From Priapulus caudatus (Eukaryota): a stretch of DNA of 64,000 nt. The DNA lies in NCBI RefSeq assembly GCF_000485595.1, contig NW_014577070.1, forward strand, positions 496,432-560,431, in the 5' to 3' direction. Every line of letters starts with the position of its first letter. Position 1 is the first letter of the stretch. Under the pieces are notes generated by a model. It saw only the letters and a program-made list of their open reading frames with translations, ran no database searches and had not been told where the DNA came from. Shown here piece by piece: positions 14,216 through 30,225 of the stretch. The position numbers and the translations under genes are program-made.

Positions 14216-16695
14216 AGTAAAATGAGTTTTTTTTTTACTATTTACGATCTACTTTTATCGATGCACGATTGTAACTGATCGGAATTATTTTTCGTACTTG
14301 GAGCTTTAATTCGTGGAGCATAGGGTGCACCGCAACTGTCTTTCTTTGTTTTCTGTAAGCTGTCCAGCAAATCTACGTGTAGATACAACTCACCACATAG
14401 ATTAGATACAATAATGTAACCCAACAAGTGTAGGGGTAATGTAAAGGTAGTAATGTAACCCTACTCTTGTTGGGTTACATTATTGTATCTAATCTATGTG
14501 GTGAGTTGCGTACGTACGCGAGCGTACGTGGGTGAGGTTGCTAGTAGCGACACGCCTACGCGCCACACCTATTTCTACAGTAAGAATGCAGATCGGTGTC
14601 AAGTGACTCGCTCAAGTACAACAGCAATGACGACGGCGAGACTCAAACCCCCCGACCTTTCGGTTCGGACTCTCGTGCGGTACTCGCCCACCACTGCCAC
14701 CCTCCCGCATCTCCACCCTCCTCCATCTCCACCACCCGCCACCCTCCCCTACCCCACCACCTGCTCGTAAATGCTAGGACGCAGATTCCCAGACGTGCGT
14801 CGCGGTGCGCGGCCCAATGAAAACAACGACAACTCTGGCGAGAGCTGGTTTCAGCGCTAGTAGCTAGACTAAGTACCCGCACACACTAACTTGTTTTAAA
14901 CGAGCGGCGCGTATTACCGGACCGAAGCGGGTGACATTTTCACGAAATCATCGCGCGCAGCACGTCGCGCCGCGTGGCTGCGTGCACGAGAGCGGTCGTC
15001 AGCATCGCACGCAGCACGTCGCGCCGCGTGGCTGCGTGCGCGAGAGCGGTAGTCATCATCGCACGCACTCACTCAGGAACTAAACACTAAAATGTTTCAA
15101 TACTAAAATGATGGTAACTAAACACGAAATGTATTTACTACCAATGTTTCTCTGCTCTCTGTCGCCTATTATTAGTAATATTTTTTTAATCATTCACGAG
15201 CGCGGTGCGCTGAGAGCCACACGCACTTGGAACGTTTCAATACTAATATGATGGTAACTAAACACGAAATAATTCGAACACGAAACACGAAAATAGTCAA
15301 ATTATTGCTCAGAAACGCACAACCTGAAAAATATAGCGAAATATAGTCTCACTTCATAGCGGATATATTACATTTTTTATCCTACATTTTTTTATCTTTC
15401 TCCTATACTAGTAATAATTTCTTGGAAGTGCCGTCCAAATGCCCCTCTTCAACATACAAGTTCACTGTGCACACACAACAGTAATATACTTCTGTTGTTT
15501 ATGCACAACAGCGTGCGTGCGCTGAGATTGTGTATTGCAAAAGAAAATTTGAATGCATATTGCATTCACGTGGAATTATTATAGAGAATTACGTGGAATT
15601 AGTCGATAGAGAAAACATAAACATTAATACTTTGATAGTAAATACATTTCGTGTTTATTTACCATTATTTTTCTTATTGAAACGTTCCAACTGCCTGAGA
15701 CGACGACGACGGCAGGCACCACACACATTACAAACACTCTACGACTGCAATCATTTGCAATTCGCGTCGACAGAATCAGGCCAGCGACCGATGCGCATAC
15801 GAACGTCCCAGCGGATCGTTCGAAATTCGTAATCTAACGCGTCTCCGCGACAGCTCAGATCACGTGTTACCGTTCACTGCTCGGCAGACGAATTCTGGAG
15901 AAATTCTGAAGCTACGTCTCGTATTCATCCAAGACTGAGGCGTTCATTCGTTAGTTGTGCTCGAAATTCGTATTTCGAGGGTCGAAACTAGGGATTCGAA
16001 ATTCGTAATTTTAAGTTAAGAATTCGGAGTTTAGAATGAGCCTTCTGGACTTTCCTAATGTTCCGAATCGGCTTACACACAGAACCTCACGCGTACGTTC
16101 CTTTGCGCAATACATGATCAGAGATATATTTATATAATAATAATAATAATAAATAATAATAACAATAAATATAAATTTGTGTTAGCAAATGTGACTTCAT
16201 ATAGTAACGAAGATTTCAGACATACTGTAGCCTACATACAGTGACGCAAGGCCTCTGATGATTATGATGATGATGATGATCACGAAAGCCGCCGCCATCT
16301 GGCTTGAAGTAATTTCTCGATATTGTGATATTTCTACAGTCGACGCGATGAGATCGGTTCAGCGAGTAAACACGCATTCACGTGCGCGACTCGTGGTAAG
16401 CAGAGATTGCCGACACGCGATGTAGAGAGCTGGCTAAATCCTCGATAAAAGCACCTTCCAATTGGCAAAGTAGTTCGGAGATCGCCGCACGTATCAACAT
16501 CGACGTTAACCGACTCGAGTAATAAGAGATGGGGGAGGGACAGGAAGAGGGATGGAGGGAGGGAGGGAAGGAGAGAGGGAGAAAGGGAGTGAAAGAAAGA
16601 GACGGCGAGAGAGTGAGAAAGAAAGAGAGCGAGAGGCGAGAGAGAGAGAGAGCGAGAGAGAAAGAGAGATAGTTAGACAGAGAGAGTGAGAGAGC

Positions 16696-16726
<31 letters not shown>

Positions 16727-16845
16727 ACCGCAGCGGAAGGAGGGCAAGGAAGGGAGGGTCAACATGTTTACTTCCGAAGCAAAAGAGCGATTAGCGTGAG
16801 AGCAGTATAGCTCGGCTGAGCGCAATTCCTCGTGGGGAAATGCAA

Positions 16846-17192
16846 CGTAGATGTGTGACAGAGAACGTGGCAGCAGTTCGACAACCGTACATGTGACGTA
16901 GATGTGTGACACAGAACCTGGCGGCAGTACGACAACCGTACATGTGACGTAGATGTGTGACACAGAACCTGGCGGCAGTACGACAACCGTACATGTGACG
17001 TAGATGTGCGACAGAGAACGTGGCAGCAGTACGACAACCGTACATGTGACGTAGATGTGTGACAGAGAACGTGGCAGCAGTACGACAACCGTACATGTGA
17101 CGTAGATGTGTGACAGAGAACGTGGCAGCAGTACGACAACCGTACATGTGACGTAGATGTGTGACAGAGAACGTACGTGGCAGCAGTACGAC
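16846..17192. repeat. 51-bp minisatellite, about 6.7 units
   Basis: Unit cgtagatgtgtgacagagaacgtggcagcagtacgacaaccgtacatgtga begins at 16846, 16897, 16948, 16999, 17050, 17101 and 17152. Confidence 0.95.
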
Positions 17193-19448
17193 CATATACG
17201 TAACTTCGTAGCACCTGTCTACGATCGCTTACGTCAGTAGCTTGTTACAATGAGATCGCCTGCCTCATACACTGATGGATGGATGCGCTACCGCATCATT
17301 CACTAATTTGATGTACGGCGCGGCGGTACAATGGCAGCAGAATGGCGCCCTGCACGCGAATGATCCCAGGCTCGGCGCTGAAGCCGTTAATGGCTGCCGG
17401 GTCGTAATAGAGTTTTTGTTCGCACACAATGGCTGCGGCGATGAATTGCCCTTTTATTTATTAGACACTGCCTCCTCCCCACGTGGGAGTACATACCCCC
17501 CCCCCACACACACACACACACACGAACGCGCACAACACACGCGCAAACACGCGCACGCACGCGATATACGGCCCCTGCTGATCTACGGCATATTATAGCT
17601 AGAGTGTGTGTGCTACAAGTATCGTATATATATATATACCCCTGTATACACGCCCTGTGTTTGCTAGATCTGTCGCTCACGCGCGCACGTCATCAAAATG
17701 TGATTGAACCGTGTGTGTGTACATTAAACGGCGAGCGTGATACGTCTCTGTTGCAATCATTATCAGTGTCGTCGCATCGAGCGCTGTAGAGCCAGCAGTA
17801 CATCCCACACCGTATAACACAGGAACAGTGTTGTATGCTGTCGAGAACGGGGCGCTAGAAATGAGGTTAGAATGAACTAGCCATGCAACCACGCGCCGGC
17901 AATATACAAGAGGAGGGTAATGGCGACCGATAGCGTATCAGTGGGATGTAGATTCATCATTGAATCGCTCCGAGCACCTCAACCCATCGAGCCCCTCGCT
18001 CCACTTTGCTGTCGTTATGACGTATGAGCAACCGACATACTACGTATAGGTCCGTGCAGTGTACGCCAACTGTGCACCCACAGTGCCGCTCCCAAACCTC
18101 TTTAGGTTCAAACATCACAGAGTACCCTGTGTAGCTTAGCCTTAGCTGGCCGCGTCCTTGCTTTCTGCAAAAGTCCCTTTCCCGCGTACAAGTTCTTCCG
18201 TCGCGCAAAAACAGCCGGCAGCGGGGGAGAGCGACTAGCTGTGAGGACTCAGACCAGCAAGGAAGCTGCGTTGTCCTGTCCGCATCATGCGATGACTGAG
18301 AGAAGAACGCACGTGACCTCCATCGCTACCCATCCCCCCCATCCACCCAGACGCAGTCAATATTTTCGAACGAGATCTGCTCTCTGCCCCGAAGAAATGC
18401 TCGGCTCGAGCTCGCCACTGTGAATCGTAATTCTCGATCGTTCTTCTAAGCCTATGCGAGCGGCAATCGCAGATAACACTCATTTGCAAAACAAATTTCG
18501 CGTCGTCCGTCGTCAAAACTCCCCTTGGATTTTTTCTGCAGTATAGTCAGACTCAGAGCGACGTTAGCTGCATGTGATCTTAAAGACTGCATGCATACCA
18601 ATTATTTCCATCTAATTGCAACTATATATGCGCAGACTGATATTCAAGCTTAGCTGCGGAACAAAGCATTAGAGCTCATTACAATTTTACGGTGAGCTAA
18701 CTCTCTACGCTTTCGGCATAAATGCTTCTTTGCAATCGCGCACAAAGTAAAGTTAATTGGCTACAGAGTGACTCGATCAGCAATCAAGCGCATTGTTTTC
18801 AAGCGGCCTTAACCTTTTTGAAAACATTAGCAGCATTTCATCAGCTAACGCAACAAACAAGGTCATCCTCCGGCGAGGCAACTCAGAGTAATTAACACTA
18901 ATGAAGTGAAAAAAACATCGCCATTCAGCTTTAAATAGCACGTATCCGTTACCAAAAAAAACACCACGACGGGCCTCCTATTCTAATATTCGGTATAATA
19001 TTCCGTCTCCTAGTACGGAGATTAGCTTCACCAGCAAGCACGGCAAACCCTTATCTAATGAGAGACATGAATAACAGCCATCGTTAGTCGCTTCCCCTCC
19101 AGCCGCACGCAGAGCCGACGTGTTGACTGCATTTATAACTGTATATCTATCGTCAAAAACCATGCGAGCACTGTTTGCTTCCGATGATTCATCATTGCAC
19201 ACCTGCGGCGGGGTTGCTAGGTGTGCTTGCGCGCGCGCGCCCATCGTATATAGATGCTGCTATATACGCTGCCGACAGCGTGGGTAGACTGTCGCCGGTA
19301 TGAAATATGGCAGGTCTTTCCGGCGCGTTTGTTTCCGACCGGTGGACGTCTAATTGGCATCCTCTCAGGTGAGGCATCTCGCAAAACGATGAAATGAAAT
19401 TCATGCGGCAGATGCAGCTGCCTGTCTCGCTATATATATATATAGGTA

Positions 19449-19742
19449 TTGTTGTGTATTCGTGACATTCCGTCAGGTGGCGTAGCCACAGCGAGCGGTT
19501 GGTCATTTTTGTGTTTGAAATGTGTTGAGAAAATTTTGCAGAAATTCGCATCATCCGAGCTGGCAAAAGTTTCGAGCGGAGCATAGAGCATGAATCTGTA
19601 GTTATTTAACATGAATAAAGTGTATGTTGTGTATGTTGTATTATGCGAAGTAACAGTGTGAGTATTTTTAATTAATTTCTGTTCGATGCTTATTCAGGCC
19701 TGCCGCCTATGGACGCCCTCTACTGTTGTTCAACACCTCTAA
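19449..19742. repeat. Dispersed ~290-bp repeat, copy 2
   Basis: Matches 10996-11278. Confidence 0.9.
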
Positions 19743-22319
19743 GCCGTGGATTCACACGTGACGTACGTGATGTTAATCTGTACGCACCGCCATCTATTGA
19801 TGAATAGCATTTTTATCAATTTTTCACTTTTTGTTTCAGCCAGAACCACCTACCAGACGTGCTGATTCTGAAAATATCTTTAGTTTTCCTCTAGGCTGCG
19901 GAGTTCTCTAGTTATGCGAGTACGGACTAATTCGGCTCAACAACTTTATATATAGAGATATATATATACACACAATGCAGCAGGCCAGTATATAGTAAAA
20001 AAATAATACGCACATCAACAAAACAAACGTAATGCATGCGTGTGACATGCGTGTGTGTATGGACACAGAGCAGGATGTATGCATGTATGAGTCTACGTAT
20101 ATCAGGCAGCAAGTACTATTACATGATCTTGCTCATCTATATATACTATATATATAGTATATATATATATATATATAAATCTTATAGTTAAGTTCAATAA
20201 ACATCGGCTCATGGTATATTATCAGAGATACTAATCCTAATATCAATATTGATAGATTCTTGATATTATTAGCACACGGTAAGGACACGCGCAGTGCACC
20301 CCTCACATAATGCTTGCAATATAGGATAGCTCACACAGTACAACGCTTCATTCGCAAGGGTTCTTATTAAATCAGCCGGCATCAACTCACTCTGAATACA
20401 GATCAGTGCACAGAAAGGGGCAAACACGCTTGGCCTCTCTCTCACCGAACTAACCACAAGCCACGCACGCGGTTGAACCATGCGGTCTGCAGAGGCCATC
20501 AGTAATACTAGCAGGCGCTGCGTGAATCATTAAGTAGATGCATTGAGTAGGCGCTTGGCTATACGTATACGTAGCATGCTAAAAAAGCAGGTGACGCGTT
20601 CATTCACTGATCATCAGTCCGCAGACGTTTCGATCAAAAATTCTCGAGTGAACGATTTCTCGCGACTGCGGGCGGCATGCACTCGGCCGTAGCGAAAGCT
20701 CTTTCTCTCTCGCAAATCTCATCTGTTGCTTTAATGATTCTGCCCACAACCGTTATCCCTCGGGGAGATGCTACATTGATTTTTTTCTTTCCCCTCCCTT
20801 CCACGACAAACCATCTTCCGCTGACGACCTCATCGAGCCAGCAATATTACGATGGTGGCATCTCTGCTCGCGCGACACATTAACGCGTGTATGTGCTCGT
20901 TGACGGGGTGTGGCAAGGGAGGTCATACATAATGAAGGTCCAATTAGCACGCGCGGCTCTCTGCGTAGATGGTGGAAGATAGGATAGGATAGGATGGGAT
21001 GCTCTCAGTGAGGCGGCCAAGTAATGCAGCATGCATGCGGGCTTCGCGAATATTCCCGATGATGACGAAGCTCTCTATAGAAAGGTCACAGACGTGCGAG
21101 TATAGACACACACGCACGCACGCACATAAGCACGCACGCATGCATGTATATATTATTATTATATATATATAATATATAGATGAGAGAGAGAGAATGGGGG
21201 CGAGACTCAGTATATTATATCAGTGCTCGGAAATAAGCGTGTGTCGCGTTGTCCGAAAGGCAACCAGAATGTTGCGCCGGACAAGCCTAAACCAGTCGGA
21301 GGATTGTCGAGTGGACACAGAAACTGTGACGAAATACGCGACTTGTAGTTACTGTTTTTCTCAGTGGTCTCCAGAGACTTATAGCCTGGCGGCCCGCCAT
21401 TAATCTATTGTGTGGAAAGCGCGGCGACATACCAGTGACATTTCCAACCTGGTATCAGCGTTTTTGATTTATGAGAGGTGAACTCTATTTGCCGAACCAG
21501 CAACCAGCAAGTTCCCCCTCAGTTTTGGTATTTTATTCCATTACTATTTTTGAATTTTCCGATGGACTTTGCCCATGCAAAACAACATACAGTGGCCGGA
21601 TTCATGTTGAGTCAAAAAGTTAAAAAAAAGAGAATTGTCGTTAGTCAGATGACGCTGTACATTACTCAAAAGTGCCGCAAAAATACCATCTCCTCGATGA
21701 CATTTCAAAATTTTCTGGGGAGGAGAACCCCCATACCCCCCGCCTGCTTTTTACCCCCTCAGTGGATCCCTAGATCTTGCGCACTGACAATTGACGATAT
21801 CTTCGGGGCAGGACAGATGAACAAAATTCGCTTTTCGCATGGCGCACGCCAAAACAAAGATACAGAGAAGGTAGAGGGCGTAGAGGTGTGGGAGCGGAGG
21901 CGGAGGACCGATTAAAATATTAAGATAATACACATTTTACGCAGTACGCTGTTTATTAGGGCCCTGATATAAAAAAATTCCTGGCTACACCACTGTTTTT
22001 TGGGGGTTTTCTGACCATATTATTAATAGTGATTGAAAATAGGAGATATTACAGAATATTTTTTTGGCAGACAACAGAATTGTGCGGACAACCATGATTT
22101 GATGCCTGGGTTGTCCGCAGAGACTAACGCACATTTTGTTTTCAACTTATGTTAGATAGAACAATTGTAATATATAATATTAGATATAGATGGGATAGAG
22201 AAGAATTGGATAAGATGAGTATGATATTAGGCAAGTGGATACGCCAGTAGTAGTACGATAGATAGAATCCCCGATAAGATAGAGAGATAGAGTAGATAGA
22301 TAAGATAGAGTTGATAGAT

Positions 22320-24465
<2,146 letters not shown>

Positions 24466-24982
24466 TACTATATAGAGATAATGGCGCGTTTTACGCGAGG
24501 TGTGGGGCCAACCCCACCCCCACACGCTTCTTCTTGCCAATATATCAGCGGCGGTTTTATGGCCGGCAACGGGGTGTAATGACAGCTATACGTACGATAC
24601 GTGGCAGAAGCCACATGGGCGCTGTTGCTGCTAGCATCGCAGCGCTGTCGTTGTGCACCACGGCTCAACACGCGGTTGTGTACACGGGTTTTTCTCACAA
24701 CGATAGCAACAGGGGACGACGCTGCCTGGCCAAAGCCTACGTTAGGACGTCAGATTTCGTGGCTGTGCTCAGGATTAGGGTTTCATTAAGGTTATGGTTA
24801 GGGATACGTTAGGATTAGGGTGTCGTTACGGTTAGAGCTAGGGATGGGTAAGGATTAGCGTTAGGGTTCGGGTCATGAGTTAGCAGAGACATTGCTAGGT
24901 TAGGGTTAACCGGTTACTATTAGGGTTAGAGATAGAGTTATGATAATGATGGTGATGATGTTGTTGTTGTTGTTGATGATGT

Positions 24983-25019
<37 letters not shown>

Positions 25020-26408
25020 AGTGACGATGATGATGAAGATGATGATGGGGGTCCCAACGTGGGATCAAGCCCGTTGCTCTGCATGCGATTCCAGTTTTGC
25101 GTGCGTCCGTGTGTGCGTGCGTGTGTCCGTGCGTGCGTGCGCGCGTGCACATGTCTTGTGTTTTACCTCCGCGCGTGGTTTACTTTCTAGCACACGTATC
25201 ATCAGCCAGCACTCTGAGCGCTCGGCTGATCAATGCTGGGCTGCGGCATGCATAATTGACTACATCGCAGCCGCACACCTACCCTAGCTAATTGCGACCA
25301 TTATTTCCGGCGGAGAGCTAAATAGTCGTGCATTAGTCATTAGTGCATCGTTGCTGTAGCGTCATAACGCGTCCATCTGCCGATCCCGTGTGACGGTGCC
25401 TCACTGTCAACACGGCACCTGGCGTTGACACCTCAGCTTCGCCCTGCTTTTAGGCCATCCGCCTGTTGTCACGCATCATGCAGGGCCGTGGCTCTAGAAC
25501 GTAGCTATAGCCCTTCGCTCTGCCACAGGCCATGTGGCAGAGCGAAAGGCTATAGTTCAAGATCTAGCGGGGCCGTAGTAAGAAAAGGGCCCAGCCACGC
25601 ACGCGTGAATTCGGTGAAAAAAACTGCAAATAAGTCTCACAATGAGTGTACGCTAATAATATGAAATCGTCAAAATGAAACCCTCGTTTCAGACCCCCTC
25701 CCTCCCCCCGGGCCGCCACGTTATTCACGTTGCTTGGGAGCCGCGCCCCTCCCTCGTCATTACTCATCTCCTCCCTTTCTCCCTTAGGAATTCTCCCGGG
25801 ATATACGGCTGTCATGTACTTCAGCTTCTTACGGCCGGGTCACCGTCGAAATTGACATCGGTCGTAGTGGCATCAAGAGCTAATAATACACATTAACTAA
25901 TAATACATATATGTATGATTAGCTCTTGCTGGCATGCCACATATCGCCCAACGCTCGTTTCCTAATATCAATTAGTAACAAACCGTACATAGCTACGACA
26001 CGGTAACAGCGGGTGATCATAAACAACATTTTGTCCAGGATAACGGTGACTTGTAATCCATAGATATTCCCGCCGCATGTTTGACGCTTGTCAGAGCTGT
26101 CTCATAAACACCCACTGTATAGCGTGAGTAGCGCAGAACTCGCAGTAGCGCGATGCAATCTGTCAAGTGCGAATAAGGAGGGATAACGCTCCCGTTACTA
26201 CGTCTGCTGCACTTCGCGAATAAGTACATATACATCTCTGCCGTATCTTGCAAACAAATATTGATAAACGATCATTTTTGTCGAGGCGGCAGTGACACGA
26301 ACATATGATATTACTTTTTGCCGCTATCGTCTGCAGCGAGCCTCGCATCACAGACAGGAAATCTCCCGCGATCTCACGTCAATGCTCCGTCCGTTGCAGG
26401 CAGTAAAG

Positions 26409-28016
26409 ATGAGGAAGCCACGCTGCGGATGCTGGCCTCCGCTGCTGCTGCTGCTGGCGCTGATCTTGCTCCGCGCCGCCAACGCCGCCGACGACAACGC
26501 GACCGCCGCGCCGCGCTGCCCCGCGCCGACTGTCGGCCCGTGCACCTGTGCCGCGGCGGGTCCCGACGGCGGCGTCGCCATCACGTGCACGGCCATCGCC
26601 GACGTCGCTGGCGCCCTCGCGGCGATCGCCGCCTCCGGCGTCTCCGTCGTCGACGAGCTTCGCATTCAGAAGACTCTGTGGCGCGCTATCGGCCCGCGTG
26701 CGTTCGCCGGACTGCGCGTGCGCCGCCTGGCAATCAACCGCTGCGGCGTGAGTGAGGTCGCCGATGCCGCGTTCGCCCACCTCGGCCGCGACCTCGTCGA
26801 ACTCGACCTCAACTTCAACAACGTCAGCCGGCTGCCGCCCGCGCTGTTCACCGACGCGCCGCGGCTGCGCGTGCTCCGCCTCGCGACAAACGCGCTCGCC
26901 GAGCTGCCCAGCTTCGGTGCGGCGCGCCACCTCGACACCGCCGACCTGTCGCGCAACGACGTGCGCGTCGTCCTTGATGACGCGTTCGCCGAGGCCGACT
27001 CGCTGCGCGTGCTCAACCTGCGCGCGAACAGCATCGCCGTCGTGCAGCCGCACGCATTCCGCCACGCAAACTCGTCGCTGCGCGTGCTGCTGCTGCAGAG
27101 CAACGCCGTGCGCGCGTTCGCGCCCGACACGTTCCGCGACCTCGCCGCGCTCTCCGAGCTCAACCTCGACGCGAACGACCTCGACGAGAGCGCGTTCGCC
27201 GCGCTGGCGCCGCTCGCCGCGCTCGAGACACTCTCGCTGCGCGCCAACCGCCTCGCGGGCGTCGCCGGAGTCGGCGCGCTCGCGCGGCTGCGGCGCCTCG
27301 ACGTCGCCGACAATGGCATCGCGACGGTGGCGCCGCGCGCGTTCGCGGGTCTCGCGGCGCTGCGGCAGCTGTCGCTCGAGCGCAATCGGCTCGGCGCGGT
27401 GTGTCCGCAAGCGTTTGCGGGGCTGGGCGAACTCTCCGTGCTGAATCTCCGCGGCAACCCGATCTCGCACCTGCCGGCCGAGGCATTTGATCGTAACGAG
27501 ACGGCGGCGGAGGATGAGGATGCTGCGCCGATGCTGCAGATCGACCTGAGCGGTGAGTAGAGAGGGAGGGAGCGAGCCACCGGGGCTTCTTCTTGTTTAC
27601 TGCTTTGTTTTTGTTTTCTTTTGCGAGGTCTTTTTTGTTTTCTGCTTTGAGTTTTTCTCAGTTATTTTGGTTGTCTTGTTGTCGTCTTCATTTTGGTCTC
27701 TTTCTTTTTATTTTTCTCCTTCTACTTCTACTTCTTCCCCGCCTCTTTTGCCTTCCACTATTTTTTCTTCTCCATTTACTTTTTCTTTTTCTCTTCCTCC
27801 TCCTTCTATTTCTTCCTCTTCTTCGTCTTTCTCTTCTTCACCTTCTCCTCCATTTTTGTTGCATCTTCAGGCTCTCTCAGGAACGCAACTGCAAGCTCGC
27901 AGTGCAACCTGCTACACAGCGACCACGTGGAGCTGCTTGCCAGCAGAACTTCTTCTTGGCTTCTTTCTTCTTCTTGGCTTCTTTCTGCTTCTTCTTCTGC
28001 TGCTGTTTCTGCTTCT

Positions 28017-28048
<32 letters not shown>

Positions 28049-28079
28049 GTCTTCTTCTTCTTCTTCTTCTTCCTCTCCT

Positions 28080-28111
<32 letters not shown>

Positions 28112-29543
28112 TTCTTCTTCTTCTTTTTCTTCTGCTATTGGCAATATAAGACCAGTAACAAGCGATTATATCGTAAACTAGTAGAAGAATCACTTCATAG
28201 CTAGCATCATTTCATGAGCTGCCGTCAACTTTGGATCGACCATAGTTTCGCAGAGAGTTTCAATCCTCCTCCAACATAATTCCTCAGTGACTTATACACG
28301 CTCGCGATCGCCACGTGATGTAGATCGATGTGTGGTATGCAAAACTGCAATATTGTCCAGGTTGGCACACGCTTGTCATACGTCAACTAATGCGGCTCGT
28401 TTATCTCCCTCCGCAGACAACGCGTTCGACTGCGACTGCCTGGCCGCGTGGCTGCGGGAGAGCACGTCCGTGAGCGTGCAGGGCACCTGCAGCCTCCCCC
28501 CATCGCTCGCCGGCCGCGACATATCGGACGTCGCCGCCAAAGACCTCACCTGCCCTGACGGCTTCATCGGCCTCACCTGCGTGCTGCCGCGGCGCGCCGA
28601 CCAACAGCCGCTGCTGCTCGAGATAGCGAACCAGACGAGCGAATCGCTCGCGCTGTCGTGGAACCACAGCGCGGCGGATGGCGGGGGCGAGCCGGCGGGG
28701 TGGTACGTCATCGAGTACAAGGCCGACGGTGCTGCCACCTCGCGCAGCTACAACGTCAGCGGCGACGACTCGGCGGCCGTTCTCTCCGACCTCGCGGCGG
28801 AGGACGCTTACACGGTGTGCGTGACGGCGGGCGGGGGCGACGACGGTGACGGCACGTGCGTCCGCGTGTGGACGCCGCCCGCGCCGACGCCTGCGACGTG
28901 CCCGACGCCGCTGGCGACCCCTACAACGCGGCCCACCGACGCGACACGCCCGTCCTCCACGACGCCGTCCCCGCCATCGCAGCGCGTGCGGCTCCACCTG
29001 GTGACGATCCGCGACGACACGATCGAGATCTCGTGGGGTCCCGTCATCGCCGACGCGGCCGCCGACTTTCGCGTTGCCTACAGGCCCTACGCCGGCGCCC
29101 CCTACGACTCCGTCGATGCCAATGCCGCGTACGGCGGCTACGTCAACACGTCGCACTACCGCACGCGCGTGCACGGACTCAACGCCAGCGCCATCTACAC
29201 CGTCTGCGTGTCGGGACGCGCCGCCGACGTTGCCTTCGACGCCGAGTGCGTCAACGTGCAGACGGGCACGACGGCTCGCGACGGTGGCGCCTCCGAGCGG
29301 TGGTACTCGGGCGGCTTCGACATCGCGATGGGCATGCTGGCGACGTTCATCGTGCAGACGGCGATCATGCTCGCGATCTTCGGCTGCTACCAGCACGTGC
29401 GGCGGCGCGGCTGCGGCGGCGGCGGGGGAGGCGAGGGCTCGCTGCGCGTGCCGCGCACGCACAGCAACTACCTCGTGCTCGAAGAGGTGGAGGCGTCGAC
29501 ACCGCAGCTCACGCAGCAGACGGGCGACGACGAGGAATTGTGA
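26409..29543 (+). CDS. LRR- and fibronectin type III-domain single-pass membrane protein (~756 aa; FLRT/ELFN/LRRN4-like architecture, no Ig domain); exons 26409-27552 and 28417-29543
   Basis: Signal peptide (MRKPRCGCWPPLLLLLALILLRAANA), LRR N-cap (CPAPTVGPCTC...ITC), about 11 LxxLxLxxN repeats, GT donor at 27553 (G|gtgagt), branch-like actaat and ccgcag acceptor ending 28416. The phase-1 junction restores the LRR C-cap (D-NAFDCDC...CSLPPSLAGR...LTC). Two FN3-like repeats (SLALSW...YVIEY...YTVCV; TIEISW...FRVAY...YTVCV) separated by a Pro/Thr linker, TM helix (IAMGMLATFIVQTAIMLAIFGCY), short tail, TGA at 29541. Confidence 0.9.
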
Positions 29544-29564
29544 TCCGCGACGACGACGACGACA

Positions 29565-30225
29565 ACGACGTGAGACGGGGTGAGACAACGTCTCGACCTT
29601 GCAGCGTTTCGAGGTGATTCTGGGACTCTCGACCCTGCTGCATCTGGAGGCAAGTGCACATGGTGGGAGAACGTCTCAATGTTGCTGGGATAGAGTCTCG
29701 GTTTTTACGTGTAATACGCCAATATAACGTGTGCTGAGACGGCATCTGGATGTTGCTGAGACAGCGTCGCGACTTTGGTGCATTTGCGTGGTGAATGGAC
29801 ACGCCGAAACAGCACCTTGACACTTTTTAGAGACAATGTCTGGACGTTGCTAAGACAGTGTCTGGAATTTACTGAGACAACGTCGGGACCCTTGCTGAGA
29901 CAGCATCTGGATACTTGCTCCACTGAGAGGCGAGTGGAGGACATACTGACACGTCTAGACCTTGCTGAGACAGCATCTGGATGCTTGCTCCATTGAGAGG
30001 CGAGTGGAGGACATAACTGACACGTCTGGACCTTGCCGAGACAGTGTCTCGACCGTGCCGACATATTGTCTCGACATTTATGAGACAACGTCTGGACCTT
30101 GCTGACACAGTGTCTCTACATTTCTGAGACAGTGTCTCGACCGTGCCGAGACATCGTCTCCACCATGCTGAGACAATGTATGGACCTTGCTGATGTTGTC
30201 TCAACATTTTTGAGGCAGCGTTTCC
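29565..30225. repeat. Degenerate ~21-22-bp tandem repeat in the presumptive 3' UTR of the LRR gene
   Basis: Recurrent gctgagaca(g/a)(t/c)gtct(g/c)gac motif immediately after the stop codon. Confidence 0.8.

Noticed and set aside
16846..17192. CRISPR-like regular repeats
   Set aside because: Head-to-tail 51-bp units with no unique spacers, no cas genes, eukaryotic context.
27553..28204. Leu/Phe/Ser-rich ORFs
   Set aside because: Lie in the LRR gene intron over (CTT)n low-complexity sequence.
26318..29617. Long antisense and alternative-frame ORFs over the LRR gene
   Set aside because: Expected shadow ORFs of very GC-rich coding sequence.
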